NCBI GenBank assembly: GCA_963761305.1
Contig: CAVXGK010000001.1
Coordinates: 544,001-608,000 of the forward strand
Direction of reading: 5' to 3'
DNA from: an uncultured Gemmatimonadaceae bacterium
GTDB lineage: Bacteria > Gemmatimonadota > Gemmatimonadetes > Gemmatimonadales > Gemmatimonadaceae
DNA: 64,000 nt
This document shows positions 29,240 to 38,794 of the stretch, one piece after another. How positions within the stretch are numbered: position 1 is the stretch's first letter; every line of letters starts with the position of its first letter. A program made the translations under genes and the position numbers. The notes beneath the pieces were generated by a model. It was not told the DNA's origin. It made no database searches and was given only the letters and a program-made list of their open reading frames with translations.

Positions 29240-29461
29240 TTATGACTTGTGGCGGAAGATGATTCGGCCGCGCGTCAGATCGTACGGCGAGACTTCGATC
29301 GTGACGCGATCACCCTGCAAGACGCGAATGCGAAACCGGCGCATGTTGCCGCCGAGTGTGGCCAGCACGTTGTGACCGTTGGTCAACTCAACACGGAACG
29401 TCGCGTTCGGTAGGACCTCCGTGACCTGCCCTTCGAGCTGTATCGGCTCTTCCTTGGCCAT
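29240..29461 (-). CDS. infA: Translation initiation factor IF-1
   Basis: [39 protein letters not shown] and GAGG upstream. Confidence 0.97.
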   Translation of the reverse strand: MAKEEPIQLEGQVTEVLPNATFRVELTNGHNVLATLGGNMRRFRIRVLQGDRVTIEVSPYDLTRGRIIFRHKS

Positions 29462-29537
29462 GAAACCTCGACGATGTGGGGCGCCGCGGACGGCCTGAAT
29501 TATAGGGGGGTCCGAGTCACCCTGTAAGACGAGGCCG

Positions 29538-30020
29538 TCACGGCTTTTTCTTCGTCTTGTCGACGTTGTTGCCGATCACGGCGCCGACGATCCCACCGAC
29601 GGCCGCGCCCATCAGTCCGCCCTTGACCTTGTTGCGACTGGCGACCGCGCCGATCACCGCACCCGTCGCGGCACCGATGGCCGCGTCGCGCTGTGTGTGC
29701 TTCTCGACCGGCTCGCCGGGGCGAGGCGCCGTCGCCCTCGTGCTCACTTCGCCCGCCGCGGTCGCGCTCGACGCGCTGGACGGATGCGACGCATACGGAC
29801 GCGGATCGTCATCCGCCCGGTACACGTGCTTCGGGCGCGATGCGACGCGCTGGCTCTCGACGGCGGAGACGCTGTCGAGCGAATCGCGCTGATGTGCGGC
29901 GAGCGAAAGATCTCGCACGAGCGACGAATCCGCCGACGCGCTTCGGCCGCCCCCGCAAGCGACGGCGGCGATCGACAGCACGAGTGCTGACATCGTCAGT
30001 ATCGGGGTCATGCGTTTCAT
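29538..30020 (-). CDS. Glycine-zipper (YMGG-like) lipoprotein
   Basis: AAGGAG RBS, lipobox [18 protein letters not shown] and [13 protein letters not shown]. Confidence 0.8.
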   Translation of the reverse strand: MKRMTPILTMSALVLSIAAVACGGGRSASADSSLVRDLSLAAHQRDSLDSVSAVESQRVASRPKHVYRADDDPRPYASHPSSASSATAAGEVSTRATAPRPGEPVEKHTQRDAAIGAATGAVIGAVASRNKVKGGLMGAAVGGIVGAVIGNNVDKTKKKP

Positions 30021-30057
30021 GGCATTCTCCTTTCTTAGTGCACTCGCGTCTGCTAAA

Positions 30058-30073
30058 GGCAGGGCATGTGCCA
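30058..30073 (-). promoter_or_regulatory. Probable sigma54 promoter of the glycine-zipper gene
   Basis: Minus strand TGGCACATGCCCTGC matches TGGCAC-N5-(T/C)TGC, about 38 nt before the ATG. Confidence 0.55.
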
Positions 30074-30147
30074 ATCAGGCGATCTCGGCGGAGGGCGAGC
30101 GTGACGCCGATCACCCGCATTCCAGACGCGCCGATTAGGTTTGGACG

Positions 30148-30232
30148 CTGACCGGGGTGCCTGCCCACCAAGGGCGCAGGCTGAGAGAGACCCGTAGAAC
30201 CTGATCCGGTTCGTACCGGCGTAGGGAGTCAC
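30148..30232 (+). ncRNA. TPP (THI-box) riboswitch
   Basis: GGGGTGCC, GCTGAGA, ACCC, GAACCTGATC, GCGTAGGGA conserved blocks in correct order. Confidence 0.95.
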
Positions 30233-30234
30233 TG

Positions 30235-32328
30235 ATGATCATGCATGCTCGCGCGACGCATCGGCGTCGCCTCGGGGCGGCCGCACTGGCGCTCACCGTT
30301 CTGTTCGTCCCCAGCCTGCTCGTGTCACAGGCGACGTCTCAGTCCGACACGACGCGTCGCGATTCGACGCGCGTCCGACATCTCGAGCGCATCATGATCT
30401 CCGCGCTGCGAGGCACCGGCGCCGCGCTGATCTCGCAGAAGACGCTCACCGCCAGCGATCTCGCGCCGCGCTACTTCGGGCAGGACGTGCCGCTCTTGCT
30501 CCAGGGCGCGGCGCCGTCGCTCACGTCGTACGCCGAGACGGGGAACTACTGGGGCTACAGTTACATCAGGCTGCGGGGCATCGATCAGTCGCGCATCAAC
30601 CTCTCGATCGACGGCATTCCGCTGAATGATCCCGAGGATCAAGTCCTCTACTTCGCCGACTTTCCGGATTTGGCGAACAGCCTCGGGTCCGTGCAGGTGC
30701 AGCGAGGCGTGGGGACGAGCAGCAACGGCACGGCGGCGTACGCGGGGTCGATCAACATGGAGACGCTTCCGCTCTCCGGCGGCCAACGCTCGACCGATTT
30801 TCAGCTGGAAGGCGGATCGTTCGGCTCGCGGCGTGGGAGCTTCGACTATCGCAGCGGACTCACGTCCGACCGGCTCGCGATCGACGTCCGTCTCTCCGAT
30901 CTCCACACGGACGGGTATCGCTATCACTCGGGCGTCGACGGGAAATCCGCTTTCCTGAGCGCCGGCTACTTCGGCGATCGCAACATCCTGAAATTCACGG
31001 CGACGACCGGCACGATGAAGGACACGATGGCGTACCTCGCCGTGCCCGTCACCGAGCTCGATACCAACCGCCGCATCAATCCGTTGACGCCGCAGGAGCG
31101 CGACGGATTCACCGAGCGAATCGCCGCGATGTCGTACACGAGGCTCATCAACGGTTCCTCATCATGGTCGACGACCGCGTACCGGATTTCCGCGGACGGC
31201 GACTACGACGTGCAGCTCGACCCGCTCACGCAGTTCAACCTCGACTTCGTCTGGTACGGCGTGACGAGCGATTGGAGCGTGCGGCGCAACGGCCTGAGCC
31301 TGGACGTCGGCGCGAACGCGAACACGTACGCGCGCGATCATTTCGCGTTCCAGCATCCGGACCTCACGAACCCGATCTACTTCAACACCGGCCACAAGGG
31401 CGACGTGAGCGGCTTCACCAAGCTCGCGTACACGGCCGGAGCGACGACGTTCTTCGGCGATCTTCAGGCGCGGCACGCCGAGTTTCGCTATCTGCCGGAT
31501 GCGCACGCCGACATCGCGCCCGAATCGATCGCGTGGACGTTCGTGAATCCCAAGATCGGCGTCACGCGCGTCGTCAACCGCGCGACGTCGCTCTACGTGT
31601 CGTACGGCGCCAACACGCGTGAACCGGCGCGCAACGACATGCTCGGCGGATTCGACAACCTCGACACGTCGAACGTGGCGTTCGTCGGCGATCTCCATCG
31701 AGTGAAGCCGGAGACGGTGCATGACCTCGAGCTGGGCACGACGTACCGCACACGCAACGTCGAAGCCCAAGCCGACCTCTACTCGATGACGTTCCGCAAC
31801 GAGATCGCGCCGATCGGGCAGCTCAGCTACCTCGGGAATCCGCTGCGCGAGAACGTCGCGTCGAGCTACCGGCGCGGCATCGAGGGCGACATCACGTATC
31901 GCGGCATTCCTCGCTGGCTGCTGACGGCGAACGCCACCGCGAGCATGAACCAGATCCGCGACTACACCGATTCGACGGGCGACGTCCCCGTGACGTACCA
32001 CGACGTCCAGCCGCTGCTCACGCCGCGCTTCATGACCTACGGTCGCGCCGCGTTCGCGGCGACGCCGAACACGTGGCTCGCGCTGGAGACGCGCTACACC
32101 AGCAAGTCGTTCCTCGACAACACCGACGATCCGCGCTACGTGCTGCCCGCGTCGCTCGACGTCGATGTCAGCGCGTCGTGGCACGTGAAGGGCTACGAGA
32201 TCGTCGGCCGGATCAACAACCTGCTCGACAGGAACAACTACGGCAGCGGCTACGCAGGCGACGGCGTTCCGGATTACTACGTCGTTCCGCCGCGCAACTT
32301 CTTCGTCACGCTCAAGCTCGGGTTCTAG
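30235..32328 (+). CDS. TonB-dependent receptor, probably for thiamine or a precursor
   Basis: Plug motifs GYSYIRLRG, DGIPLNDPE, VQVQRGVGTSSNG..A..GSIN; C-terminal F; directly under a TPP riboswitch. Confidence 0.88.
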   Translation: MIMHARATHRRRLGAAALALTVLFVPSLLVSQATSQSDTTRRDSTRVRHLERIMISALRGTGAALISQKTLTASDLAPRYFGQDVPLLLQGAAPSLTSYAETGNYWGYSYIRLRGIDQSRINLSIDGIPLNDPEDQVLYFADFPDLANSLGSVQVQRGVGTSSNGTAAYAGSINMETLPLSGGQRSTDFQLEGGSFGSRRGSFDYRSGLTSDRLAIDVRLSDLHTDGYRYHSGVDGKSAFLSAGYFGDRNILKFTATTGTMKDTMAYLAVPVTELDTNRRINPLTPQERDGFTERIAAMSYTRLINGSSSWSTTAYRISADGDYDVQLDPLTQFNLDFVWYGVTSDWSVRRNGLSLDVGANANTYARDHFAFQHPDLTNPIYFNTGHKGDVSGFTKLAYTAGATTFFGDLQARHAEFRYLPDAHADIAPESIAWTFVNPKIGVTRVVNRATSLYVSYGANTREPARNDMLGGFDNLDTSNVAFVGDLHRVKPETVHDLELGTTYRTRNVEAQADLYSMTFRNEIAPIGQLSYLGNPLRENVASSYRRGIEGDITYRGIPRWLLTANATASMNQIRDYTDSTGDVPVTYHDVQPLLTPRFMTYGRAAFAATPNTWLALETRYTSKSFLDNTDDPRYVLPASLDVDVSASWHVKGYEIVGRINNLLDRNNYGSGYAGDGVPDYYVVPPRNFFVTLKLGF

Positions 32329-32406
32329 GCTCTTTGCGGATGCAAGGCGTTCGACACGTACTCGATCGGAGCCTTTCAACCGGGATGCATCTATCCGCGC
32401 CGCGGG

Positions 32407-32525
32407 GAGCCGCGGAATAGACAGACACAGACGGATTCAACGGACACAAACGGGGAACCCAAAGACATGGTTGTTCGTCCGTTGGTTCCAGTTCACTCCG
32501 TCGGTGTCGGTTTTCCCCGCGGCTC
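32407..32525. repeat. Long imperfect palindrome, family B-like copy 2, between convergent genes
   Basis: Nested IRs GAGCCGCGG/CCGCGGCTC, GACACAGACGGA/TCCGTCGGTGTC, CAACGGAC/GTCCGTTG; ACGGA units at about 9-bp spacing. Confidence 0.65.
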
Positions 32526-32563
32526 TCAACTGAGCAAGAGGAGGCATCCCGGCAGACGAACTC

Positions 32564-33553
32564 CTAGGCCACACGCAGCACGACTTTGCCAAACGTGCCG
32601 TTGCCGCCGAGGCGTTCGTGCGCTTCGGCGACGTCGGCGAGATCGAAGACGCTGTCGATCGTCGGGCGCAGCGCGCCCGAGGCGAGCAGCGGCACGATGT
32701 CGTGCGTGAACGCGGCGGTCACGGCGCGTTTCTCTTCCACCGAACGTGAGCGCAGCATCGTGCCGCGAAGCGTGAGACGCTTGCCAAGGACCATGCCGAC
32801 TGAAATCGTGGCGCTGCGGCCGGCGACCGTGCCGATGACCATGATGCGCCCTCGCGGGGCCGCGGCGCGGATGTTCACGTCGACGTAGGCGCCGCCCACG
32901 AGGTCGAGGACGATCGGGACGCCCTTCCCCTCCGTCCACCGCTCGACTTCCGGTACGATCGCCTCCGGATCGCCGGTCACCGCGACGCCGTCCTCGAGGC
33001 CGAACGCGCGCGCGCGATCGATCTTGTCGGAGGTGCGCGCCGTGCCGAATGGAATCGCCTGCCACGCGCGCGCGACCTGCGTCGCCGCGAGTCCGACGCC
33101 GCTCCCCACGGCATGAATCAACACGCGCTCGCCGCTCGCGACCTGCGCTTGTGTCACCAACGCGTCGTGCGCGGTCATGAAGGCCTCGGGGATCGCGCCC
33201 GCGTCGGTCCACGCGAGTCGCTCGGGCACCGCCGCCGCGCAGCCGGCGTCCACCGTGAGAAACTCGGCGTGCCCCCCACCGGCGGTGATGCCGAACACTC
33301 GCGCACCGATCGCCCACTCGTTCACGCCGTCGCCGAGCGCCGCCACCTCGCCGGCGAACTCCAGGCCGGGGATGTCCGCCGGTGCGCCGGGCGGTGCCGG
33401 ATACCGCCCTTCGCGCTGCAGGAGATCGGCGCGGTTGAGCGCCGACGCGTGCACGCGCACGAGGACTTGGCCGCGCTCCGGCCGTGGCGTCGGACGCTCC
33501 TGCACCTCGAGCACCTCGGGACCGCCGGGGCGCGTGACGACCACGGCGCGCAT
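32564..33553 (-). CDS. NAD(P)H:quinone oxidoreductase (PIG3/zeta-crystallin MDR family)
   Basis: ALNRADLLQREGRYP, PGLEFAG, IPEAFMTA, HAVGSGVG, GKVVL. Confidence 0.92.
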   Translation of the reverse strand: MRAVVVTRPGGPEVLEVQERPTPRPERGQVLVRVHASALNRADLLQREGRYPAPPGAPADIPGLEFAGEVAALGDGVNEWAIGARVFGITAGGGHAEFLTVDAGCAAAVPERLAWTDAGAIPEAFMTAHDALVTQAQVASGERVLIHAVGSGVGLAATQVARAWQAIPFGTARTSDKIDRARAFGLEDGVAVTGDPEAIVPEVERWTEGKGVPIVLDLVGGAYVDVNIRAAAPRGRIMVIGTVAGRSATISVGMVLGKRLTLRGTMLRSRSVEEKRAVTAAFTHDIVPLLASGALRPTIDSVFDLADVAEAHERLGGNGTFGKVVLRVA

Positions 33554-33695
33554 CGTCCGCGGAACGGACGCGCCGCTCACGGAACGAGCACCGGGCGAGG
33601 ACCGCCGAATCGGCAAGACATGGGAGAGTTTGTTTCAGTTGTTGAATTGACGACTTGTATCGACCGTCTCTACCGACAGCTCCTATCGGTAACTT

Positions 33696-35342
33696 CTATC
33701 GACGCCGGCCCGTGCGCGATCGGGGTGCCGGCGCCGTGGCCACCGGCGGCCACGCCACGATCGCCGGCTCACTCTCGACACCGGTGGCGCTCACGGCGGT
33801 CACCGCCACCTCGTCGGGATTCGTCGCATCCATCGACTCGACGGCAAGCTGCGCCGTGCCGCCCGGCTGGATCTTCGTCGTCCAGGCGCCGCCCGCGCTC
33901 CGTACCTGAATGAGCCACCACCGCGGCGGTGCATCGTCGCCCGAGAGCATGCTCAGTGTCGTTGAGGTTGGCGTCGTGGCGATCGAAGGCGCGGGCGGCG
34001 GCGATGGACCGAGCCAGGTGAACGCCGGCACGAGCGCGCGCTGCGCGTATTCTCCGGCGAGGCTTCGCGCCACCCGCTCGTTGTCGGCGAGCAGTGCGCT
34101 CAACCGAAAGTGCACATGCCCCGGCGCGTCGGAGCCTGAGCGCGCATCGCGTATCGTCGCGATCTGCGTCTGGATCTCGTCCGTCGGCCACGAGTCGTGT
34201 CCGCCGAACACGCGCGACGTGTAGAGACCCGGCCAGACGAAGCGCCGCATCGGATTCTCCGTCAGCCACCACGAGTCGAGCGCGCGAAAGCGATCCTGCA
34301 CGCCGTCGACCTGCCAGTAGAGCTGCGGCGCGAGGTAGTCCACCCATCCCTGCTGCAGCCATCGGCGCGAATCGGCGTAGATCTCGCTGAATGAGTCGAG
34401 ACCGGTGATGCCGCTCGGCGATCCCGGCCGCCAGATGCCGAACGGGCTGATGCCGACGATCATCGTCGGCTTGATCGCTTTCACGCCCGCGTACAGCGAT
34501 TGGACGAAGTCGTCGATGTTGGCGCGGCGCCAGGCGTCGCGGTCGGTGAACCCGCGACCCGAGCCGTAGCGCTTCCACGAGCGTCCGTCGGCGAATGAAA
34601 TCTCCTCGGTGACGCGCACGCGCTTCTTCTTCACGCGCCGCGTGTAGCTGCGGCTCTCGCGATATGGATAGAAGTAGTCGTCGAGATGAATGCCGTCGAC
34701 GTCGTAGCGCCGAGCGACGTCGAGAATCGTCTCGAGCACGTACTTTCTCGCCGCGGGATTGCCCGGATCGATCCACGTTTGCGTCCCGTACTTCACGACC
34801 CAATCGGGATGTTGGCGAATGACGTGCGTCGACGCCGCTCTTCCCGGAACGCCGGGCAGCGCGGCGCGGAACGGGTTGAACCAGGCGTGGAGTTGAAGCC
34901 CGCGCGCGTGTGCCGCCTGGACTGCGAACGCCAGCGGATCGTACGACGGTCCGACGCCCGATTGTCCCGAGAGCAGCACGGACCACGGCGCGTATTTGGT
35001 CGGATAGAACGCGTCGCCGGCGACGCGCACGTGAAGGATGACCGCGTTCAGTCCGATCGCCGCCGCGTCGTCGAGCAGTTTGGTCATCTCGGCGCGCTGC
35101 TGATCGGGCGACAAGCTCGGCGCCGATGGCCAATCGCGAAAGCCGCGATCGTAAATCGGCGAGACCCACGCGGCGCGGAACTCGCGCGGCACTGCGGGCG
35201 GCGCCGCGAGCGGTGCCGGCTCCGAGGCGAGTGGTGGCGCGCCCGCGGGCGCGACCTGTGCCCCGGCGAACGACGCGATGAGCAACGTCGCGAGCGACGC
35301 GGACACAACCGCGCGAGCGATGACGGACGACCGTTTGAGCAT
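33696..35342 (-). CDS. Glycoside hydrolase-like family 10 (GHL10/DUF187, YddW/DigH-like)
   Basis: REFRAAWV, YDPL, LHAWFNPFR, RRYDVDGIHLDDYFYPY, GISPFGIW, DYLAPQLYW; start at 35342 (alternative 35354). Confidence 0.9.
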   Translation of the reverse strand: MLKRSSVIARAVVSASLATLLIASFAGAQVAPAGAPPLASEPAPLAAPPAVPREFRAAWVSPIYDRGFRDWPSAPSLSPDQQRAEMTKLLDDAAAIGLNAVILHVRVAGDAFYPTKYAPWSVLLSGQSGVGPSYDPLAFAVQAAHARGLQLHAWFNPFRAALPGVPGRAASTHVIRQHPDWVVKYGTQTWIDPGNPAARKYVLETILDVARRYDVDGIHLDDYFYPYRESRSYTRRVKKKRVRVTEEISFADGRSWKRYGSGRGFTDRDAWRRANIDDFVQSLYAGVKAIKPTMIVGISPFGIWRPGSPSGITGLDSFSEIYADSRRWLQQGWVDYLAPQLYWQVDGVQDRFRALDSWWLTENPMRRFVWPGLYTSRVFGGHDSWPTDEIQTQIATIRDARSGSDAPGHVHFRLSALLADNERVARSLAGEYAQRALVPAFTWLGPSPPPAPSIATTPTSTTLSMLSGDDAPPRWWLIQVRSAGGAWTTKIQPGGTAQLAVESMDATNPDEVAVTAVSATGVESEPAIVAWPPVATAPAPRSRTGRRR

Positions 35343-35487
35343 CGCGTGCAACATAAGCAAGGATCGCCGCTCTAGCGGAGCGATGGCACGAACAGTGCTC
35401 TGGTTAACCACCGGCGATACCGCGAGAGGGAGACCGCGCGAGCGGCTGAAGGTGGGGCGCGGATCGTCACGGTAGGGGAGAGCAGGA

Positions 35488-35525
35488 TGCGCGGGGAGCG
35501 AGGCCCATTGTGGCCGCTCCCCGTG
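35488..35525 (-). terminator. Hairpin after the amidase gene
   Basis: GCGGGGAGCG.GGCC / GGCCGCTCCCCGT stem just 3' of the amidase stop; weak U tract. Confidence 0.45.
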
Positions 35526-35536
35526 CTGCTTTTCCG

Positions 35537-37123
35537 CTATCGTCCGCCGCTGCCCGTCGATCCGTTGAGCGGCGGCGTCGACGACGGCTCGCGCCGCCAC
35601 TTGGTCGTTTGCTCGTAGTCGTACACCAGCTTGATCAATCGTTCCTCGTCGAACGCTCTTCCGAAGAACGTCATGCCGGCCGGAAGCGTGTTGTCGCGCG
35701 TGTAGCCCATGGGAACGGTGATCGCCGGATTGCCGGTCGTCGGCGAGAAGACTTGGCTGTTGTCGCCGGCCGGCGTGTTGAGATCGCCGATCAATCGCGG
35801 CGGGTTGCTCCACGTCGGATAGACGAGCGCGTCGAGGTGCAGACGATCCATCGTGCGTTGAACGGCCTCGCGAAGACCGTCGCGCACGCGCTGGCGCCCC
35901 TGACATGCCGGAACGGAATCAGGCGGCAGCTTGATCGAGTCGGCGGCGACGAGCCGCATCTCGACCGACGGATGATACCGCCGGCTGCGCACGATCTCGT
36001 CGAGGTCGTGCACGGGAGCCTTGCCACCCTGCTCGGCCAGCCACGCGTTGAACTCGAACTTGAACGGGTTGCAGTTGCCGCGGTTCGATCGGCGAATCGA
36101 ATCCAGCTCGACGATCATGACGGTGTCCAACACGGTCGCGCCGGCGGTCCGCAGGTCGCGCACGGCTCGATCGAACACCGCTCGCACTTCCGGGTCGACC
36201 GTCGGTCCTTCGAATGCCTGGCGCAGAACGCCGATTCGCGCGCCGCGCAGTCCACCTCGCACCAACGCCGCCGCGTAGTTCGGCACCGGTTTTCCCTTCA
36301 CCGCTTCGGTGGCGGGATCGTCGGCGTCGTAGCCGGCGACGACCTGGAACACGGACACCGCGTCGGCCACCGTGCGCGCCATCGGTCCGGCGATGTCGGC
36401 GAACAGGCTCAACGGCGCGATGCCGGCGCGACTGGTGAGCCCCATCGTCGAGCGAATGCCGACGAGTGCCTGGTGCGAGCTCGGCCCGCGAATCGAGTTG
36501 CCCGTGTCGGTGCCGAGGCCGACCTCGCCGAGATCGGCGGCGACGGCCGCGGCGGTGCCGCCCGACGATCCGGCGGTGACACGGTCGAGGGCGAACGGAT
36601 TCCGCGTGTATCCCGGAAGGACCGAATTCACCGTCTCGACGGGACTGAAGGCGAATTCCGCCATGTTAGACTTTGCTAACACGATCGCGCCCGCCTCTTT
36701 GATGCGCTTGACCTCGAACGCGTCCTTGGACGGCGTGTAGCCCTTGAGCGCGAGATTGCCCGCCGCGGTTTGCAGCCCGATCGTCTGGAAGTTGTCCTTC
36801 ACGATCATCGGCACGCAGTGGAGCGGGCCGACGAGCTGCCGGGTCGCGGCGAACCGGCGGTCGAGCGAGTCGGCAGTCGCCAACGCATCGGGATTCACGA
36901 CGGTGATGGCGTTGATCGCCGGCCCCTGCTTGTCGTATGCGGCGATGCGATCCAGGTACGCTTGTACGAGCGCGTGGCAGGTGAGTGCTCCGCTCCGGAT
37001 CGCGGCGTGGACGTCGGCGATCGTGGTCTCGTCGACACGAAAGGCGCGCTGCCCCTGCGACGAACTCGGAACGATCGCCGCGGCGATCGACAGCGCGCAC
37101 GATACCAGTCGGCGACTACGCAT
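35537..37123 (-). CDS. Amidase signature family protein, secreted
   Basis: VKDN, GSSGGTAAAVAA, GTDTGNSIRGPS; signal peptide from MRSRRL. Confidence 0.92.
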   Translation of the reverse strand: MRSRRLVSCALSIAAAIVPSSSQGQRAFRVDETTIADVHAAIRSGALTCHALVQAYLDRIAAYDKQGPAINAITVVNPDALATADSLDRRFAATRQLVGPLHCVPMIVKDNFQTIGLQTAAGNLALKGYTPSKDAFEVKRIKEAGAIVLAKSNMAEFAFSPVETVNSVLPGYTRNPFALDRVTAGSSGGTAAAVAADLGEVGLGTDTGNSIRGPSSHQALVGIRSTMGLTSRAGIAPLSLFADIAGPMARTVADAVSVFQVVAGYDADDPATEAVKGKPVPNYAAALVRGGLRGARIGVLRQAFEGPTVDPEVRAVFDRAVRDLRTAGATVLDTVMIVELDSIRRSNRGNCNPFKFEFNAWLAEQGGKAPVHDLDEIVRSRRYHPSVEMRLVAADSIKLPPDSVPACQGRQRVRDGLREAVQRTMDRLHLDALVYPTWSNPPRLIGDLNTPAGDNSQVFSPTTGNPAITVPMGYTRDNTLPAGMTFFGRAFDEERLIKLVYDYEQTTKWRREPSSTPPLNGSTGSGGR

Positions 37124-37266
37124 ATGCACCAGGTCCTTTGGGTTATTGGCTGGCGGACATTGTACGCGGTGCGAGCCGCCCCGCAAAGCCTTGCTGCGTC
37201 ACGAACGCGGCTTGCGGCCCGCGCCGGGCCCCAGTCATCCTCCTAGCGCCCACTCCGGAGATCAAA

Positions 37267-37890
37267 ATGCTTCGCCTCGTCGGACGTGCCGCGGCGCTCG
37301 CGGCGCTCGGATCGGTCGTGCACGCCCAGCAACCGGCGGCGCCCCCGCCCCCGCCCCTGCGCATGGCGCCCAGCAGCTTTGCCAGCGTCGAAGTGCATCT
37401 CAACTCACGGCCGATCGGCGGCGAGTGGTACGCCGAAGACGCCTCGTTCACCGGTCCGGCGCGCATCGCCATCACGTACGGACAGCCGCACGCGCGCGGC
37501 CGAAAGATCATCGGCGGGCTGATCCCGAACGACACCGTGTGGCGATTCGGCGCGAACGCGGCGACCGCGCTCCACACCGATCTCGACATCTCGATCGGAT
37601 CGCTGAACGTCCCTCGAGGCGACTACACGCTGTTCCTCCTCCACGCGGGTACGGCGTGGGATCTGATCGTCAATTCGCAGACGTCGATGTGGGGCACGGA
37701 CCGCGACGCGTCGAAGGACATCGGCCGCGTGCGCATGACCGCGCGCACGCTCACCGACAACGAGGACGCGCTGTCCGTTTACCTCATTCCTGATTCCACG
37801 AATCCCCAGCGGGGCGCAAACCCCAACGGCGTGCTCCGCATCAAGTGGGGAACGGTCGAGCTCTCGGCACCCTGGAAGGTCAAGACGTGA
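37267..37890 (+). CDS. DUF2911 domain protein
   Basis: GGAG RBS; signal peptide; ITYGQPHARGRKI, VWRFGANAAT, GDYTLF, WG motif. Confidence 0.82.
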   Translation: MLRLVGRAAALAALGSVVHAQQPAAPPPPPLRMAPSSFASVEVHLNSRPIGGEWYAEDASFTGPARIAITYGQPHARGRKIIGGLIPNDTVWRFGANAATALHTDLDISIGSLNVPRGDYTLFLLHAGTAWDLIVNSQTSMWGTDRDASKDIGRVRMTARTLTDNEDALSVYLIPDSTNPQRGANPNGVLRIKWGTVELSAPWKVKT

Positions 37891-38063
37891 CCAATGGCGA
37901 CGCGATCGCTCGGCTCGGGTTATTGTTGCTCATCGCGACGCCGGTCGCCCGTGTGGCATTCACGCTGGTGGCGTTCGCGTTGCAGCGCGATCGGACCTAG
38001 GTCGTCGTCACGATGATCGTTCTGGCGGTGCTGGTGTATGCGTTGGCATTCGGCAAAGGATGA
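37887..38063 (+). pseudogene. DUF1634-family membrane protein remnant (C-terminal half, in-frame TAG)
   Basis: GTG 37887 reads ..AIARLGLLLLIATPVARVAFTLVAFALQRDRT*VVVTMIVLAVLVYAL; TAG at 37998; not in the ORF track. Confidence 0.75.
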
Positions 38064-38794
38064 TGAAGCGTCATCACGCGGTCGTCCGCATCACGCATTG
38101 GGTCAACGTCGTCGCGCTCACGATCATGGTCGCGAGCGGACTGCAGATTTTCGACGCGTACCCGGCCTTCGCGCGCCGCGGTGAGACCTTCTGCTGTTAT
38201 CCGTTCGCGCACGACCGGATCCCGGCGAGTCTCACGTTCGGCGGGTGGCTGGCCGGCGCGCGCAACTGGCACTTCGCGATGATGTGGGTGCTCGTCGTGA
38301 ACGGGCTCGTCTACCTCGGCTTCATCTACACCCACGGCGAGTGGCGCGACCTCGTTCCCCGGCGCGGCCTGGCGCGCGACGCGTGGGAGATGGTGCGCTT
38401 CTATCTCACGATTCGCAAAGACCACCCGCGCCAAGGCAAGCACAACGCGCTCCAGCGTCTCACGTACTTCTCGTTCCCGGTCGTGGGCGCGATCGCCGTG
38501 ATCACCGGAATCGCCATCTGGAAACCGGTGCAGCTCGCATTTCTCACGCACCTCCTCGGCGGGTACGTGTGGGCGAGATACTGGCATTTTCTCGCCATGG
38601 TGCTGCTCGTGGCCCTCTCGTTCGCGCACATCTTTATGGTGTTCGCGGTCGATCCCTACTCGATGGTGTCGATGGTGACCGGGAACTACAAAGAGCAGTG
38701 GTCGCCCGAAGAGCGAAACGCGCGTCCGTTCGTCCACCTGCTGCCGCAGCACGAGAACGCGGTGACGCCACCGCCCCCACCACCCGCCGCATGA
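38060..38794 (+). CDS. Cytochrome b/b6-domain membrane subunit (YdhU/PhsC-like)
   Basis: VRITHWVN, GGWLAGARNWHF, KHNALQRLTY, WKPVQL, ARYWHF, AHI. Confidence 0.88.
   Translation: MMKRHHAVVRITHWVNVVALTIMVASGLQIFDAYPAFARRGETFCCYPFAHDRIPASLTFGGWLAGARNWHFAMMWVLVVNGLVYLGFIYTHGEWRDLVPRRGLARDAWEMVRFYLTIRKDHPRQGKHNALQRLTYFSFPVVGAIAVITGIAIWKPVQLAFLTHLLGGYVWARYWHFLAMVLLVALSFAHIFMVFAVDPYSMVSMVTGNYKEQWSPEERNARPFVHLLPQHENAVTPPPPPPAA

Noticed and set aside
37998..38000. Pyrrolysine or stop-codon recoding at the in-frame TAG
   Set aside because: TAG is a normal stop for many genes here, the position corresponds to an expected Tyr, and the gene is also truncated
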